From the IMG/VR virus record IMGVR_UViG_2713896905_000004, positions 31,599-95,598 of that record: DNA of 64,000 bases. The stretch is one strand, 5' to 3'. Source of the stretch: a virus (taxonomy: Duplodnaviria > Heunggongvirae > Uroviricota > Caudoviricetes). Below are positions 1 through 9,587 of the stretch, piece by piece (the first letter of the stretch is position 1; each line of letters begins with the position of its first letter). Position numbers and translations under genes: made by a program. The notes beneath the pieces were generated by a model. It did not search any database. It had not been told where the DNA came from and was given only the letters and a program-made list of their open reading frames with translations.

Positions 1-3000
1 TTCTTGGTACTGATGGCACTCCAGTTATGCGCGATGCTCTTAAGCTGGCAGATGAAGCCACTATCACGGCGCGGATGAACGCGATCCCGCACTCAAATTA
101 CCGTGCAGTCGTGTTTACCAAAGAACAATACGCCCGCATTCCGCTACGTGATGACACCGTAGATGAGCATGCACAGGATATGCTTTATGACTTCGTTGCC
201 GCCGGACGCGTAGCCAGCGCAATGGACTCCGACTCCCACCGCAAAGAGGCCGCGCGTCGCCGGGTATTGTCGGAGTATTCAGATACCGGCACCGAAAAAG
301 CAGAGAAGTATCCGTACTTTGAGGATATGGGCTTCGATAGTGTGATCGCTGACGAAGGTCACAACTACCGCAATAGCTATAAAAATGGTCGCGAAGCGTC
401 ACAACTGGCCTATCTGCCCACCAGCGCGGTGGCGCAATCGGCGCGAGATATGGCAATTAAAAACGCGTACCTGATGAAAAAGAATGGTGGGCGCGGGCCG
501 GTTCTCCTGACTGCAACGCCAGTCGTTAACACCCCGATCGATGCATACAACATGCTTTCTCATGTTCTGCCGAAGGAATACTGGCAGAACATGGGGATCT
601 ACGGTCCTGATGACTTCGTTAAATTCTTCGGCAAGACCAGGCTGGAAACGGTACAGAAAATTAGCGGTGAAGTTGAAGAAAAAATGGCGCTGGTGGGCTT
701 TGAAAACCTTGATGCGCTGCGCGGTATATTCCATCGCTGGGTAACGCTTAAAACGGCGGAAGACGTTAAGGATACCGTGGAGATCCCGGAGCTGGACGAA
801 CACCAGCAGGATGCACCACTTACTGAAGAACAACTGGCGGCGTATGAAGAATTGCGTCAGCAGGCGGAAGCGGCGGCCAAAGCCAACAATGGCGTAACGA
901 CCTCGGTCAATGAAGACGGCGTGATTGAGCACGAGAAAGCCCGTCCGATCTTCTCAATAATCAGGGATATGGACCGCGTATGTACTGACATGGACCTGTA
1001 CTATCGCCGGATCACCTATCGTTTCCTGCCGGAGTACGCCGATGCGGTGCAGCAGCTGGCGGACAGTTTGCCTAAACAAGCCACCAGCGAAGACGACGAC
1101 AGTGATGATTCAATCACGCAGCAATCGCAATACTCCCTGATAGATAAGGGCGAGTTTATTCAGTTGCAGGTTCCGGAAGCGTTCGAGCAGGAAGTGAATA
1201 AGCGCCTGGCCAGGTTTGGCATTGACGAACAGACCGTAACTCACCCCGTTACGCCCAAATACGCGAAGCTGATCGCCACGCTGAAGGAGTTTTTCCCGGA
1301 AGGTAAGCAAATCATCTTCACCGATGAAAAAACGCAGCACCAGAAGCTCAAGCGCATTATCTGCAATGCTCTTAACCTTGAACCTTCAAAGGTGGGGATC
1401 CTGAATGCTCAGACGGTTGCCGAGGCAGGTAAAACCGGTCAGAAACTGAAAGCTGTTAAACCGCCGAAAGAGCTACCGGATGAACCAACAGATGCGCAGA
1501 TAGCGAAATACAACGAGCAAATGGCTCTGTATGACGCCTATATCGCGCAGCAAAATGAAATGTCGCTGGGCGGGCTGGAAAAGATTGCTGCCGACTTCCA
1601 GGAGGGCCGGACTCCGATCATCATCTGCAACAAAAAGGCAGAGGTGGGTATCAACCTGCATCGAGGAACGACTGACATCCATCATCTGACGTTGCCATGG
1701 ACACCAGCCAGTATCGCACAGCGTAACGGTCGCGGTGCCCGAGTTGGCTCCAACCGTGCAAGCGTTCGCGTTCACTACTACTGCGGCAAGGGTTCTTTCG
1801 ATGAATACCGACTGAAGACGCTGAAGCGTAAAGCAGGCTGGATATCCGATATCCTCCGTTCAGATAAGTCAGAAATGGAGAACGCCGACGCCAACGATAT
1901 GATCGAAATGCAGATGTATACCGCTAAGGATGATGGCGAACGTCTGGCAATGATGCAGGTTCAAATGGATAAGGCGAAAGCCGCGCAACGCGCTCGCCAG
2001 AAAGAACAGGCTACTATCGACCTTCAGAACTACATCAAGGCGCAGCACGCAGCTGGCGAGGATGTGGAGGTACTTACCGCTGAATTAGAGCGAAGCAAAG
2101 CGGAACTTGAAAAGACCACCGCCGACGTCGCCAAATTCAAACAGGCGGCAATGGCCAAGGCAGCGGATAACGCAGACTGGAAGGCACGATGGGGGAGTGT
2201 CCATAACGCTGACCGTATGTTGTTAGCTCAGTATCGTGCATCGTTGAAAAGTGCCATTCAACGTAAGACTGATATCTCTCAAGCCATCTCCCGCTATGAG
2301 AAATTATTGAACCGTACCCAGAAGGCCGCGACGGATATCAAACGCCTGCGCCCGCTGGTGGAGGATGCAATAAATAAAGGAATTCTGGATGTTGATCCTG
2401 ACCTGGTTAACCATGCGAGTGAGTTTCTTGTTATCGGCGATCGCTCATGGCGTGTAGGCCAATACTACGATTGTGCCGGTGATATCGTTCGCATTAAGTC
2501 GCTGGACTTCGACAGCCAGCGCGCAGACGTGGAGATCATCTTTACCTTAAAAGGCACCAAATCGGGTAACTGGGATGTGAAGACGCTGGATAAACAGGTT
2601 GATGTAACTCCCGATGAAGATGCAGTTATGCAGAAAATCAGTGGCGGCGTCTCCATCGCCGGGATTAATGACATCATTTCCTGTGACGATTTCTACCGTT
2701 TCCAGCAGCGCGGCATGATCAAAATCACTGACTCGTACGGCGTCCAGACTACAGAGTCAGGCTACAGCATTGATTTTGTTGGTACCTATACTGATCCACT
2801 GAAGCATGCTGTTTATCCTGATCGCCGTGACGGCGCGCTGAAGTCGTCAATTGCAAAATGGGTGCTTGGTATGATGTCGGAAGGGAATAACCACCAGGTC
2901 CGTTTGGCCGAAGTGTTCCTGACGGAACTGTTTGGCTCCAATTATGGCGATGTAATCGCGTCATACGGAGATACGCTATCCCCTGAAGCAATTCAGGAGA

Positions 3001-3965
3001 AAATAGCGGATGCGATCGCCAGAATGCCGGAAAAAACAAGCCAGGGGGCTACTCGTAACGGGGATTCTGAACTTGAGGTCACCAATGCCATTTTCGGTAC
3101 CAATGAGTTCCGGGCGTCAGATTATGAGATCACCACAACACAGTTTGGCACCATTGGCATTTACAGCAATAAAGACGAGATCAAGCAGGCAATGGACGCT
3201 GCAAGCGCGCGCATTGCAGCAGAACGGAAAGCTAATCTGAATCATGCAGTCGCCACGCTGACTCAATCGTGGGTAACAGCAATCAGGGAGGCCGCCACCA
3301 CAGGGAAAATCACACCAGCAATTGCGGATGTCGTAAACGACGGCTCTAAATTTATGGATGCCTATAAAATGGATGCGGTGCAGTTGCCATCAGCCTATGG
3401 ACAACTCAGCCATCGCATGACCTACAACCTGGTATCAATGTTTTCCGATCTTGCCATCCTTGGGCTGGTGGACCTTAACGAGGTTACGCCGGAATTGCTC
3501 AGCATTCGTAATAATCATGTGGAGATATTGCACAGAATTAACACGGTACTTGCCGGGCGCACCGATGAAGAGAAACAGGCAGACGCTGATCGGATAAACC
3601 TGGCCCTTGGTAACATCACGGAGGAGGAAATTGCCGCCAGAAACGAGAAACAAGAAGAGTTATCATCAATACAGGGGGATGCCACCAGCATAGCTCAGTC
3701 TCTTGGTCTGAATTATCGCGTATCCACTGCCGACCTGAAGATGATGTACGCACCAAAATTCGCCTCTGGCGAGGTATTTGGGCTTCAGGAGGCGTCCGGC
3801 ATGAAAGGTGTCCTTTTCCGTGCTAAAGACGCAATCAAGGTGAAATTCGGCGCTCGCTGGCTGCCTGCGAAGGCGAAGAACAGCGATTTCCCGGGTAACT
3901 GGTGGATTATCGAGACAAAACACAACGTGGCGGACGTTCTGGCCGTCATCCAACAATACGCATAA
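1..3965 (+). CDS. darB: C-terminal part of a very large helicase-domain protein (DarB-like); 5' end lies outside the window
   Basis: ORF is open to the window edge; SF2 helicase motifs DEGHNYRN and LLTATPVVNTP plus a C-terminal helicase motif; position next to ulx/lxc-like genes as in P1. Confidence 0.65.
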   Translation, partial: LGTDGTPVMRDALKLADEATITARMNAIPHSNYRAVVFTKEQYARIPLRDDTVDEHAQDMLYDFVAAGRVASAMDSDSHRKEAARRRVLSEYSDTGTEKAEKYPYFEDMGFDSVIADEGHNYRNSYKNGREASQLAYLPTSAVAQSARDMAIKNAYLMKKNGGRGPVLLTATPVVNTPIDAYNMLSHVLPKEYWQNMGIYGPDDFVKFFGKTRLETVQKISGEVEEKMALVGFENLDALRGIFHRWVTLKTAEDVKDTVEIPELDEHQQDAPLTEEQLAAYEELRQQAEAAAKANNGVTTSVNEDGVIEHEKARPIFSIIRDMDRVCTDMDLYYRRITYRFLPEYADAVQQLADSLPKQATSEDDDSDDSITQQSQYSLIDKGEFIQLQVPEAFEQEVNKRLARFGIDEQTVTHPVTPKYAKLIATLKEFFPEGKQIIFTDEKTQHQKLKRIICNALNLEPSKVGILNAQTVAEAGKTGQKLKAVKPPKELPDEPTDAQIAKYNEQMALYDAYIAQQNEMSLGGLEKIAADFQEGRTPIIICNKKAEVGINLHRGTTDIHHLTLPWTPASIAQRNGRGARVGSNRASVRVHYYCGKGSFDEYRLKTLKRKAGWISDILRSDKSEMENADANDMIEMQMYTAKDDGERLAMMQVQMDKAKAAQRARQKEQATIDLQNYIKAQHAAGEDVEVLTAELERSKAELEKTTADVAKFKQAAMAKAADNADWKARWGSVHNADRMLLAQYRASLKSAIQRKTDISQAISRYEKLLNRTQKAATDIKRLRPLVEDAINKGILDVDPDLVNHASEFLVIGDRSWRVGQYYDCAGDIVRIKSLDFDSQRADVEIIFTLKGTKSGNWDVKTLDKQVDVTPDEDAVMQKISGGVSIAGINDIISCDDFYRFQQRGMIKITDSYGVQTTESGYSIDFVGTYTDPLKHAVYPDRRDGALKSSIAKWVLGMMSEGNNHQVRLAEVFLTELFGSNYGDVIASYGDTLSPEAIQEKIADAIARMPEKTSQGATRNGDSELEVTNAIFGTNEFRASDYEITTTQFGTIGIYSNKDEIKQAMDAASARIAAERKANLNHAVATLTQSWVTAIREAATTGKITPAIADVVNDGSKFMDAYKMDAVQLPSAYGQLSHRMTYNLVSMFSDLAILGLVDLNEVTPELLSIRNNHVEILHRINTVLAGRTDEEKQADADRINLALGNITEEEIAARNEKQEELSSIQGDATSIAQSLGLNYRVSTADLKMMYAPKFASGEVFGLQEASGMKGVLFRAKDAIKVKFGARWLPAKAKNSDFPGNWWIIETKHNVADVLAVIQQYA

Positions 3966-3998
3966 CAGGAGCGCCCGGTTCGCCGGGCGTCGCATAAT

Positions 3999-4439
3999 AT
4001 GACCACACTATCTGATACAATAAAACCGAATAAAACATATCTTGAGGCGGTACTCCGTACAGCGTTGTTAGGAAAGACAGAAGACGAATACGTTGATTTC
4101 TTCCTGTCAGGGCTACGCGGGAGATTACTGAAAAATCCCCGCCTGTACCGCAGCTATGGCCCATACTGGCCGGAAATTAAAAAATTATTACTGGAGCGCG
4201 GTTATGGTAATTTCGGTCGTCTCGTTGACCGTGACGTTCGCAAAATTTACCGTTATGACCGCCCGGCGCTAACACTCATAGCCGCGACGCTCTACAGCCA
4301 GGAGCGTTTTGATAATGGTCAGATATACTCAGCCTGGCATTTACTGCCAGTGCCTGAAGAAGTTGACGACCAGGACTATGAGTTTGAGTCTTACGATTTG
4401 GAAGTTGAAGCCTTGGCACAGGCTGGAGAGAAAACTTGA
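3999..4439 (+). CDS. hypothetical protein (ulx position)
   Basis: 146-aa ORF directly after the darB-like gene, overlapping the next ORF start. Confidence 0.5.
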   Translation: MTTLSDTIKPNKTYLEAVLRTALLGKTEDEYVDFFLSGLRGRLLKNPRLYRSYGPYWPEIKKLLLERGYGNFGRLVDRDVRKIYRYDRPALTLIAATLYSQERFDNGQIYSAWHLLPVPEEVDDQDYEFESYDLEVEALAQAGEKT

Positions 4440-4684
4440 AAAAGCGATACTACACAGTAAAGCATGGGACGCTACGAGCATTACAAGAGTTTGCTGACAA
4501 GCATAACGTTGAGGTGCGCAGGGAAGGGGGAAGTAAAGCTCTGCGCATGTACCGTCCTGACGGAAAATGGCGGACGGTCGTCGATTTCAAAACTAACAGC
4601 GTTCCCCAAGGCGTCCGCGACCGGGCATTCGAAGAATGGGAGCAGATCATCATAGATAACGCATTGCTCCTGAATGCTGATTAA
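4436..4684 (+). CDS. lxc: 82-aa Lxc/Bof-like C1 co-repressor
   Basis: 82-aa ORF at the lxc position; identification from memory of P1 gene order and size. Confidence 0.5.
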   Translation: MKKRYYTVKHGTLRALQEFADKHNVEVRREGGSKALRMYRPDGKWRTVVDFKTNSVPQGVRDRAFEEWEQIIIDNALLLNAD

Positions 4685-4699
4685 ACTTCCCGAGTTTAT

Positions 4700-4730
4700 G
4701 CCCGGCACTCGACCGGGCTGAAAAGTTTTA
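4700..4730 (+). terminator. hairpin after the lxc-like gene
   Basis: gcccggcactcgaccgggc stem-loop followed by an A/T-rich tract. Confidence 0.3.
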
Positions 4731-4803
4731 TGCAGAAGTAATCATGTTTAACATTTGGAGATTAAACCATTTGTGATCTTTTCAGCATTTTGGAGCTGTA
4801 GGA

Positions 4804-5409
4804 TTATTTTTTTGCCGATACCATAGCTTGTATAATGGTATCAATATCGCGATTATTTAACATGAAGATGGGGATACCATTAATCTTGCCCGTTTTATTG
4901 GTACTCATCACGCAAAGCCCCTCATACATCCCTCGGGTTTTTGTGAAATTAGCGACTGGTGGAGTAGTGTAATTCCCTTTAAAGTGCATCCCCGCTGATT
5001 CATAAAAAGGAACTAAAGCAGACTGGCAAATCAATCCGACTTCATTTGGAAATGCAAGTATTTCTGCCAGTATCTTACTTCCAATCCCATTACCACGATA
5101 TTGCTCATATACATAAATTTTATGGCAGTACAATGGTAAGTTTCCTGATGGATGTCCAAAAATTAAGGCGTACCCGAACAACTGTCCTTCATTAGTAAAG
5201 CCCATAATGCGTAAATGTCCGGCTCGGTAACACTCTTCAAATACGTCTATTATGTGGCTTCGTGCCGCTTTCAGTTCCTCTTCTGTCGCAAACATCATCA
5301 TCCCCATCAGCGATGGGGTACAGGCCAGATCCTGAATAATCCCATTAGCTTCATTTTCGAAGATTAATGGTAGGTGTGGTACAATTTCGTTTGTCGAAGT
5401 GTCAGGCAT
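4804..5409 (-). CDS. GNAT-family N-acetyltransferase
   Basis: Acetyl-CoA binding motif YRGNGIGSKIL and C-terminal LVPFYESAGMHF; AGGAG ribosome-binding site 7 nt upstream; AT-rich relative to flanks. Confidence 0.8.
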   Translation of the reverse strand: MPDTSTNEIVPHLPLIFENEANGIIQDLACTPSLMGMMMFATEEELKAARSHIIDVFEECYRAGHLRIMGFTNEGQLFGYALIFGHPSGNLPLYCHKIYVYEQYRGNGIGSKILAEILAFPNEVGLICQSALVPFYESAGMHFKGNYTTPPVANFTKTRGMYEGLCVMSTNKTGKINGIPIFMLNNRDIDTIIQAMVSAKK

Positions 5410-5556
5410 AGAAAAACTCCTTCGTTTTTTGAGCTGATGTTATCAGCGATAGTGATGAAGGAGAAACAATTTTGACTCTCTTAAAGAGGTTGCCCTTCTT
5501 GATAGAAAACGGAAAAATGGTAAACAACGATCTCCGTTATTTAAACAAATAGTCGG

Positions 5557-6198
5557 TTAAAAGAAATTTCCTTTTCCTGTTAACAATCCTTGCGGAACTT
5601 GCTTTTGCGTCAGCGCATGGGTACCGCGAATTATGTTAATCAGAGGGCTTAGTAACGATGGTTCCTGGCGTGCCTCAACTTCTCCAGCCATTGCCCTGAT
5701 GTAGTCGGCGCTGGCAACGTTGTTGTATTCCGTTGCGAAACAGCATAACAATGTCAGAACATGCTCTGTTGTTATTTCGCTCCAGTTGATGTTGAAAAAT
5801 TCATCGCCTTTTTTATCGTGTTCTGAATCGAAGATGCTTTGGTGAAGGATGTATTTGCCGGATTCCTTGCGCGGTAACTTGATCGCTTTCTGGCGTTCCA
5901 GCTCCTTGTAAATCTGCATTGCTTCAATCAGTACCGGCCTGCCGTTCGTGAAGGGATCGCGCAACCTTACACGCTGGCCAACTCGACCGGTAATAAAGCT
6001 GTTTTCCTCTTCCACCAGCACGATAAAACCCTTTTCCTCTTTTTCTCGCAATTCGCGCAGCAGCTGGAGTTCCATGTCACGGCGGCGTTCAGGGTAGCTG
6101 GTCCGATCAGCCATTATCAGCTCGTTGTTGATCCATGCAGCAGTCATTGACGCCGGTTTGCCGACGTTCATCGAAACAACGCATATTTTCTTATCCAT
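5557..6198 (-). CDS. hypothetical protein (position of P1 mat)
   Basis: Internal ATG at 6198 preceded by AGGGGG ribosome-binding site; the longer ORF to 6345 has none. Confidence 0.5.
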   Translation of the reverse strand: MDKKICVVSMNVGKPASMTAAWINNELIMADRTSYPERRRDMELQLLRELREKEEKGFIVLVEEENSFITGRVGQRVRLRDPFTNGRPVLIEAMQIYKELERQKAIKLPRKESGKYILHQSIFDSEHDKKGDEFFNINWSEITTEHVLTLLCCFATEYNNVASADYIRAMAGEVEARQEPSLLSPLINIIRGTHALTQKQVPQGLLTGKGNFF

Positions 6199-6387
6199 AG
6201 CGCCCCCTACAAAAAAGAAAAGCCACCAGCGGCGGCTTAGCAATACAACTGAAGGTAGCGCCCGGTACTCAGACTGTGCCGTCCATGGAATATTTGAAAA
6301 GGGATCCATCCGTACCGGGCGTGTGATGATTCTGACTGAAGTCACTTGTCAGTTGTCAATCATTTATTATTAAAAATAATATATTTA

Positions 6388-6948
6388 TTAGTGCATGACG
6401 TTTGCCATCTCGTAAGCATCAGCCAGCAACTCCATCTCTGACTTGTTCAGCAAGGTGAATTCTTTCTTGCCTCCAACCACACCATCGGCATGAACAGGGA
6501 CCAGCCAGGGGTATTTTGCTCTTACTTCAGCCGGTGCTGCATGCTGGTGGTGCCATCTACAAAGTGGCAATTGCTTTTTATGACAACCCGGCGCGGTACG
6601 ACCGGCGATATGGTGCAGAGACACCTCATTAGATATTACTCCATGCATATAGCAGGCAATGCAGGGGAGAGCGCCAAGAGCATTGGCGATGCGCCGTTCC
6701 TCCGCCGTTGGTGTTCTCCCCTTCAAGCCACGAGATTTTATTTTTACCGCGCTTTTCCGCGTTTTGCTGGCTGGTGGGCGTTCTTTCTGTTTAGCGATAC
6801 GGCGGTCGATAGTATCCCGCATTTTCTGATATTGAGATTCTCGCCAGACCGGATCAGCCAACTTCTCCCGTTGCCGAGCGATCGCTCGTTCTCTGGCAGC
6901 CTTCTGCCACTTACGGTGCTGTTCAATTTTTTGTTCGATTGTTTTCAT
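6388..6948 (-). CDS. ref: Ref-like recombination enhancement protein (HNH-type)
   Basis: 186 aa with Cys/His cluster CIACYMHG...HHIAGR...CHKKQLPLCRWHH; downstream of cre/cra as in P1. Confidence 0.75.
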   Translation of the reverse strand: MKTIEQKIEQHRKWQKAARERAIARQREKLADPVWRESQYQKMRDTIDRRIAKQKERPPASKTRKSAVKIKSRGLKGRTPTAEERRIANALGALPCIACYMHGVISNEVSLHHIAGRTAPGCHKKQLPLCRWHHQHAAPAEVRAKYPWLVPVHADGVVGGKKEFTLLNKSEMELLADAYEMANVMH

Positions 6949-6952
6949 AAGG

Positions 6953-6979
6953 TAAAAAAAAGGCGGCCTTTAGGCCGCC
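6953..6979 (-). terminator. stem-loop plus T-run on the minus strand just upstream of the ref start
   Basis: ggcggcctttaggccgcc hairpin followed on the minus strand by eight T. Confidence 0.4.
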
Positions 6980-7046
6980 AATGATTTCAAAGGAGTAGGT
7001 AATGGCCATGTGTTCGTAGTTGACTCACGCCACCTCTAAATTATAA

Positions 7047-7063
7047 CAATTAATTAGAGCAAT
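7047..7063 (-). promoter_or_regulatory. C1 operator overlapping a -10-like tataat (ref promoter)
   Basis: Minus-strand reading attgctctaattaattg followed by tataat. Confidence 0.55.
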
Positions 7064-7194
7064 GGTATCTATTTTATTTATCGCGAATCACATTCTTTCA
7101 CTTTGGCACCTATGTGCTATACTCGTTCTTGATTGATTGGATGCGGAATACAAACCCGCTTTTTTGTGCAGCCTGGCTCCTTGCCAGGCTTTTT

Positions 7195-7506
7195 TTATTT
7201 CATCATGGAAGCTGTTAACGCTTTGGACCTTGCTGAACTGATTGAGAGGGCTTTGTCAACGTGCCCCAAAAATTCTCCAAACTCAGACATCACTTTGGCA
7301 AAACCGCGCCGTGCTTCTTCCTCGGTGGCATTCATCACGAAATGTTCAGCACTACGCATACTTTTGACAGGGAACGCAACGGATATTGAGTCAATATCAG
7401 GCATTCTATCGCTCAACTTTACAGTGACAATGACGGCTGGCGACTGAATATTAGTGCTTACAGACAGCAGTACATATTTTCCGTCGATGTTGAAATCCTT
7501 TCTCAT
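7195..7506 (-). CDS. hypothetical protein (cra position)
   Basis: 103-aa ORF immediately downstream of cre on the same strand. Confidence 0.45.
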   Translation of the reverse strand: MRKDFNIDGKYVLLSVSTNIQSPAVIVTVKLSDRMPDIDSISVAFPVKSMRSAEHFVMNATEEEARRGFAKVMSEFGEFLGHVDKALSISSARSKALTASMMK

Positions 7507-7522
7507 ATGTCACCATAAATGT

Positions 7523-7539
7523 AAAATAATTAGAGCAAT
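7523..7539 (-). promoter_or_regulatory. C1 operator-like site between cre and the cra-like gene
   Basis: aataattagagcaat matches the operator core. Confidence 0.45.
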
Positions 7540-7556
7540 TTCTTATGAATTGACGG

Positions 7557-8588
7557 CTAATCACCATCTTCCAGTAGGCGCACCATTGCCCCCGTTTCAC
7601 TATCCAGATTACGGATATAGTTCATGACAATATTTACGTTGGTCCAGCCACCAGCTTGCATGATCTCCGGTATTGAAACTCCGGCGCGGGCCATATCTCG
7701 CGCGGCTCCGACACGGGCACTGTGTCCAGACCAGGCCAGGTACCTCTGGCCAGAGTCATCCTTAGCCCCGTAAATCAATCGGTGAGTTGCTTCAAAAATC
7801 CCTTCCAGGGCACGAGTTGATAGCTGGCTGGTGGATGATGGCGCGGCGACACCATTTTTTCTGACCCGGCAAAACAGGTAGTTATTCGGATCATCAGCGA
7901 CACCAGAGACAGAAATCCATCGCTCGACCAGTTTAGTTACCCCCAGGCTAAGTGCCTTCTCTACACCTGCGGTGCTAACCAGCGTTTTCGTTCTGCCGAT
8001 ATGGATTAACATTCTCCCACCGTCAGTACGTGAGATATCTTTAACCCTGATCCTGGCAATTTCGGCTATACGTAACAAGGTGTTATAAGCAATCCCCAGA
8101 AATGCCAGATTACGTATATCCTGGCAGCGATCGCTATTTTCCATGAGTGAACGAACCTGGTCGAAATCAGTGCGTTCGAACGCCAATGCCTGTTTTGCAC
8201 GTTCACCGGCATCAACGTTTTCTTTTCGGATCCGCCGCATGACCAGTGAAACAGCATTGCTGTCACTTGGTCGTGGCAGCCCGGACCGACGATGAAGCAT
8301 GTTTAGCTGGCCCAAATGTTGCTGGATAGTTTTTACTGCCAGACCGCGCGCCTGAAGATATAGAAGATAATCGCGAACATCTTCAGGTTCTGCGGGAAAC
8401 CATTTCCGGTTATTCAACTTGCACCATGCCGCCCACGACCGGCAAACGGACAGAAGCATTTTCCAGGTATGCTCAGAAAACGCTTGGCGATCCCTGAACA
8501 TGTCCATCAGGTTCTTGCGAACCTCATCACTCGTTGCATCGACCGGCAATGCAGGCAAATTTTGGTGAACGGTTAACGAATTAGTCAT
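7557..8588 (-). CDS. cre: Cre site-specific tyrosine recombinase
   Basis: 343-aa protein matching P1 Cre essentially end to end, adjacent to loxP. Confidence 0.97.
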   Translation of the reverse strand: MTNSLTVHQNLPALPVDATSDEVRKNLMDMFRDRQAFSEHTWKMLLSVCRSWAAWCKLNNRKWFPAEPEDVRDYLLYLQARGLAVKTIQQHLGQLNMLHRRSGLPRPSDSNAVSLVMRRIRKENVDAGERAKQALAFERTDFDQVRSLMENSDRCQDIRNLAFLGIAYNTLLRIAEIARIRVKDISRTDGGRMLIHIGRTKTLVSTAGVEKALSLGVTKLVERWISVSGVADDPNNYLFCRVRKNGVAAPSSTSQLSTRALEGIFEATHRLIYGAKDDSGQRYLAWSGHSARVGAARDMARAGVSIPEIMQAGGWTNVNIVMNYIRNLDSETGAMVRLLEDGD

Positions 8589-8980
8589 TTATTATGCGTA
8601 ATTTTAACAGTTAAGCCTTGTTCATGAAGTATCTCATCAATAATTCGAATCACATCCCCTGGTAGATCATCGTTCTCGAAATATCTGTGATCGGGGATTT
8701 CTACAGTGATTGGGGTTGCTGCTTTATGCAAAATCCGAACAATCTTTTTTTCTTTTTTGCATGTTGCATATTCAGCCTCTTCGATATCTATCCAGCTCGC
8801 TCCATCAAATTGCTGGTAAACCCGAGTGTATAGTAAGCGGTTTCGCTTTACTTCTTCTGCTAACTCCCAAATTGCAACAGCCATAGCACGTTCATTCTCA
8901 CTCGTTCCAGGGTTAGCTGCTTTTTGTTTTGCGTCCTTAAGTAAGGCGTTTACCTTGGCATCTGTCAGGCTATTAAACAT
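8585..8980 (-). CDS. hypothetical 131-aa protein translationally coupled to cre
   Basis: GAGGTG ribosome-binding site; stop TGA overlaps the cre ATG (ATGA). Confidence 0.6.
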   Translation of the reverse strand: MFNSLTDAKVNALLKDAKQKAANPGTSENERAMAVAIWELAEEVKRNRLLYTRVYQQFDGASWIDIEEAEYATCKKEKKIVRILHKAATPITVEIPDHRYFENDDLPGDVIRIIDEILHEQGLTVKITHNK

Positions 8981-8999
8981 GCATCACCTCATGATCAAG

Positions 9000-9221
9000 T
9001 TAAATTATTGTTTTCAGCAGAGTGTACAGGATTGCCTCTGCCTTTACCTGGTTATGGTTCTCGTCATAGAAACGCCAGCGACCGCGCGTGCGTTCTATTT
9101 TCTCTTCACCGCGAGATAATGACAGTTGGTAACTATCACGCTCAAAGCCTTTTGCCCGCCAGTAACCACGGTTTTTCTCAAGCTCAAGATGAGTGGACAC
9201 TTTAGCAGCTGAATATCCCAT
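9000..9221 (-). CDS. hypothetical 73-aa protein
   Basis: GAGGTG ribosome-binding site 5 nt before ATG; same strand, 20-bp gap to the next gene. Confidence 0.4.
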   Translation of the reverse strand: MGYSAAKVSTHLELEKNRGYWRAKGFERDSYQLSLSRGEEKIERTRGRWRFYDENHNQVKAEAILYTLLKTII

Positions 9222-9410
9222 TTTTCACCTCTGATTGATTGGTGGTGCTAAGCGCGCTACGCGAAATCTGGAGCACTAACTCTGCCAACTTTTCTCAGAT
9301 TTTACGTAGCGCAATCTTGATCAAATGATCAAGTGATCACTATTTAACCTGACAAGGTATTGAACTGTATGGATTTACAGGTAAATTGATCATGTTCAAT
9401 AACCCTTAAA

Positions 9411-9444
9411 ATAACTTCGTATAATGTATGCTATACGAAGTTAT
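9411..9444. other. loxP recombination site
   Basis: Exact ataacttcgtata-atgtatgc-tatacgaagttat (13-bp inverted repeats, 8-bp spacer). Confidence 0.97.
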
Positions 9445-9487
9445 CAGGTCCGAAGAGGAGTTTACGTCCAGCTGTGCACAAAAATCA

Positions 9488-9504
9488 ATAATTATTAGAG
9501 CAAT
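9488..9504. promoter_or_regulatory. C1 operator
   Basis: aattattagagcaataaattt. Confidence 0.55.
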
Positions 9505-9570
9505 AAATTTAGAGAGAAAAATCCCACTCCACCAGCTAAAAACTGGATTGTTTTTCATAGTTGTTTGACA

Positions 9571-9587
9571 ATTGCTCTAATAAATTA
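9571..9587 (+). promoter_or_regulatory. C1 operator directly after a ttgaca -35 element, upstream of coi/c1
   Basis: ttgaca followed by attgctctaataaatta. Confidence 0.65.

Noticed and set aside
115-932. ORFs of 113 and 177 aa on the minus strand inside the darB-like gene
   Set aside because: Fully embedded antisense to a long ORF with clear helicase motifs; no ribosome-binding site; typical shadow ORFs.
5557-6345. The long 262-aa form of the mat-position ORF
   Set aside because: The upstream ATG has no ribosome-binding site, whereas the internal ATG at 6198 has AGGGGG at the right spacing; the extension was dropped.
9411-9444. loxP as an integrase attachment site marking a chromosomal prophage boundary
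   Set aside because: loxP with Cre is the plasmid dimer-resolution and cyclisation site of P1-like elements; the backbone continues on both sides with no host-like genes.
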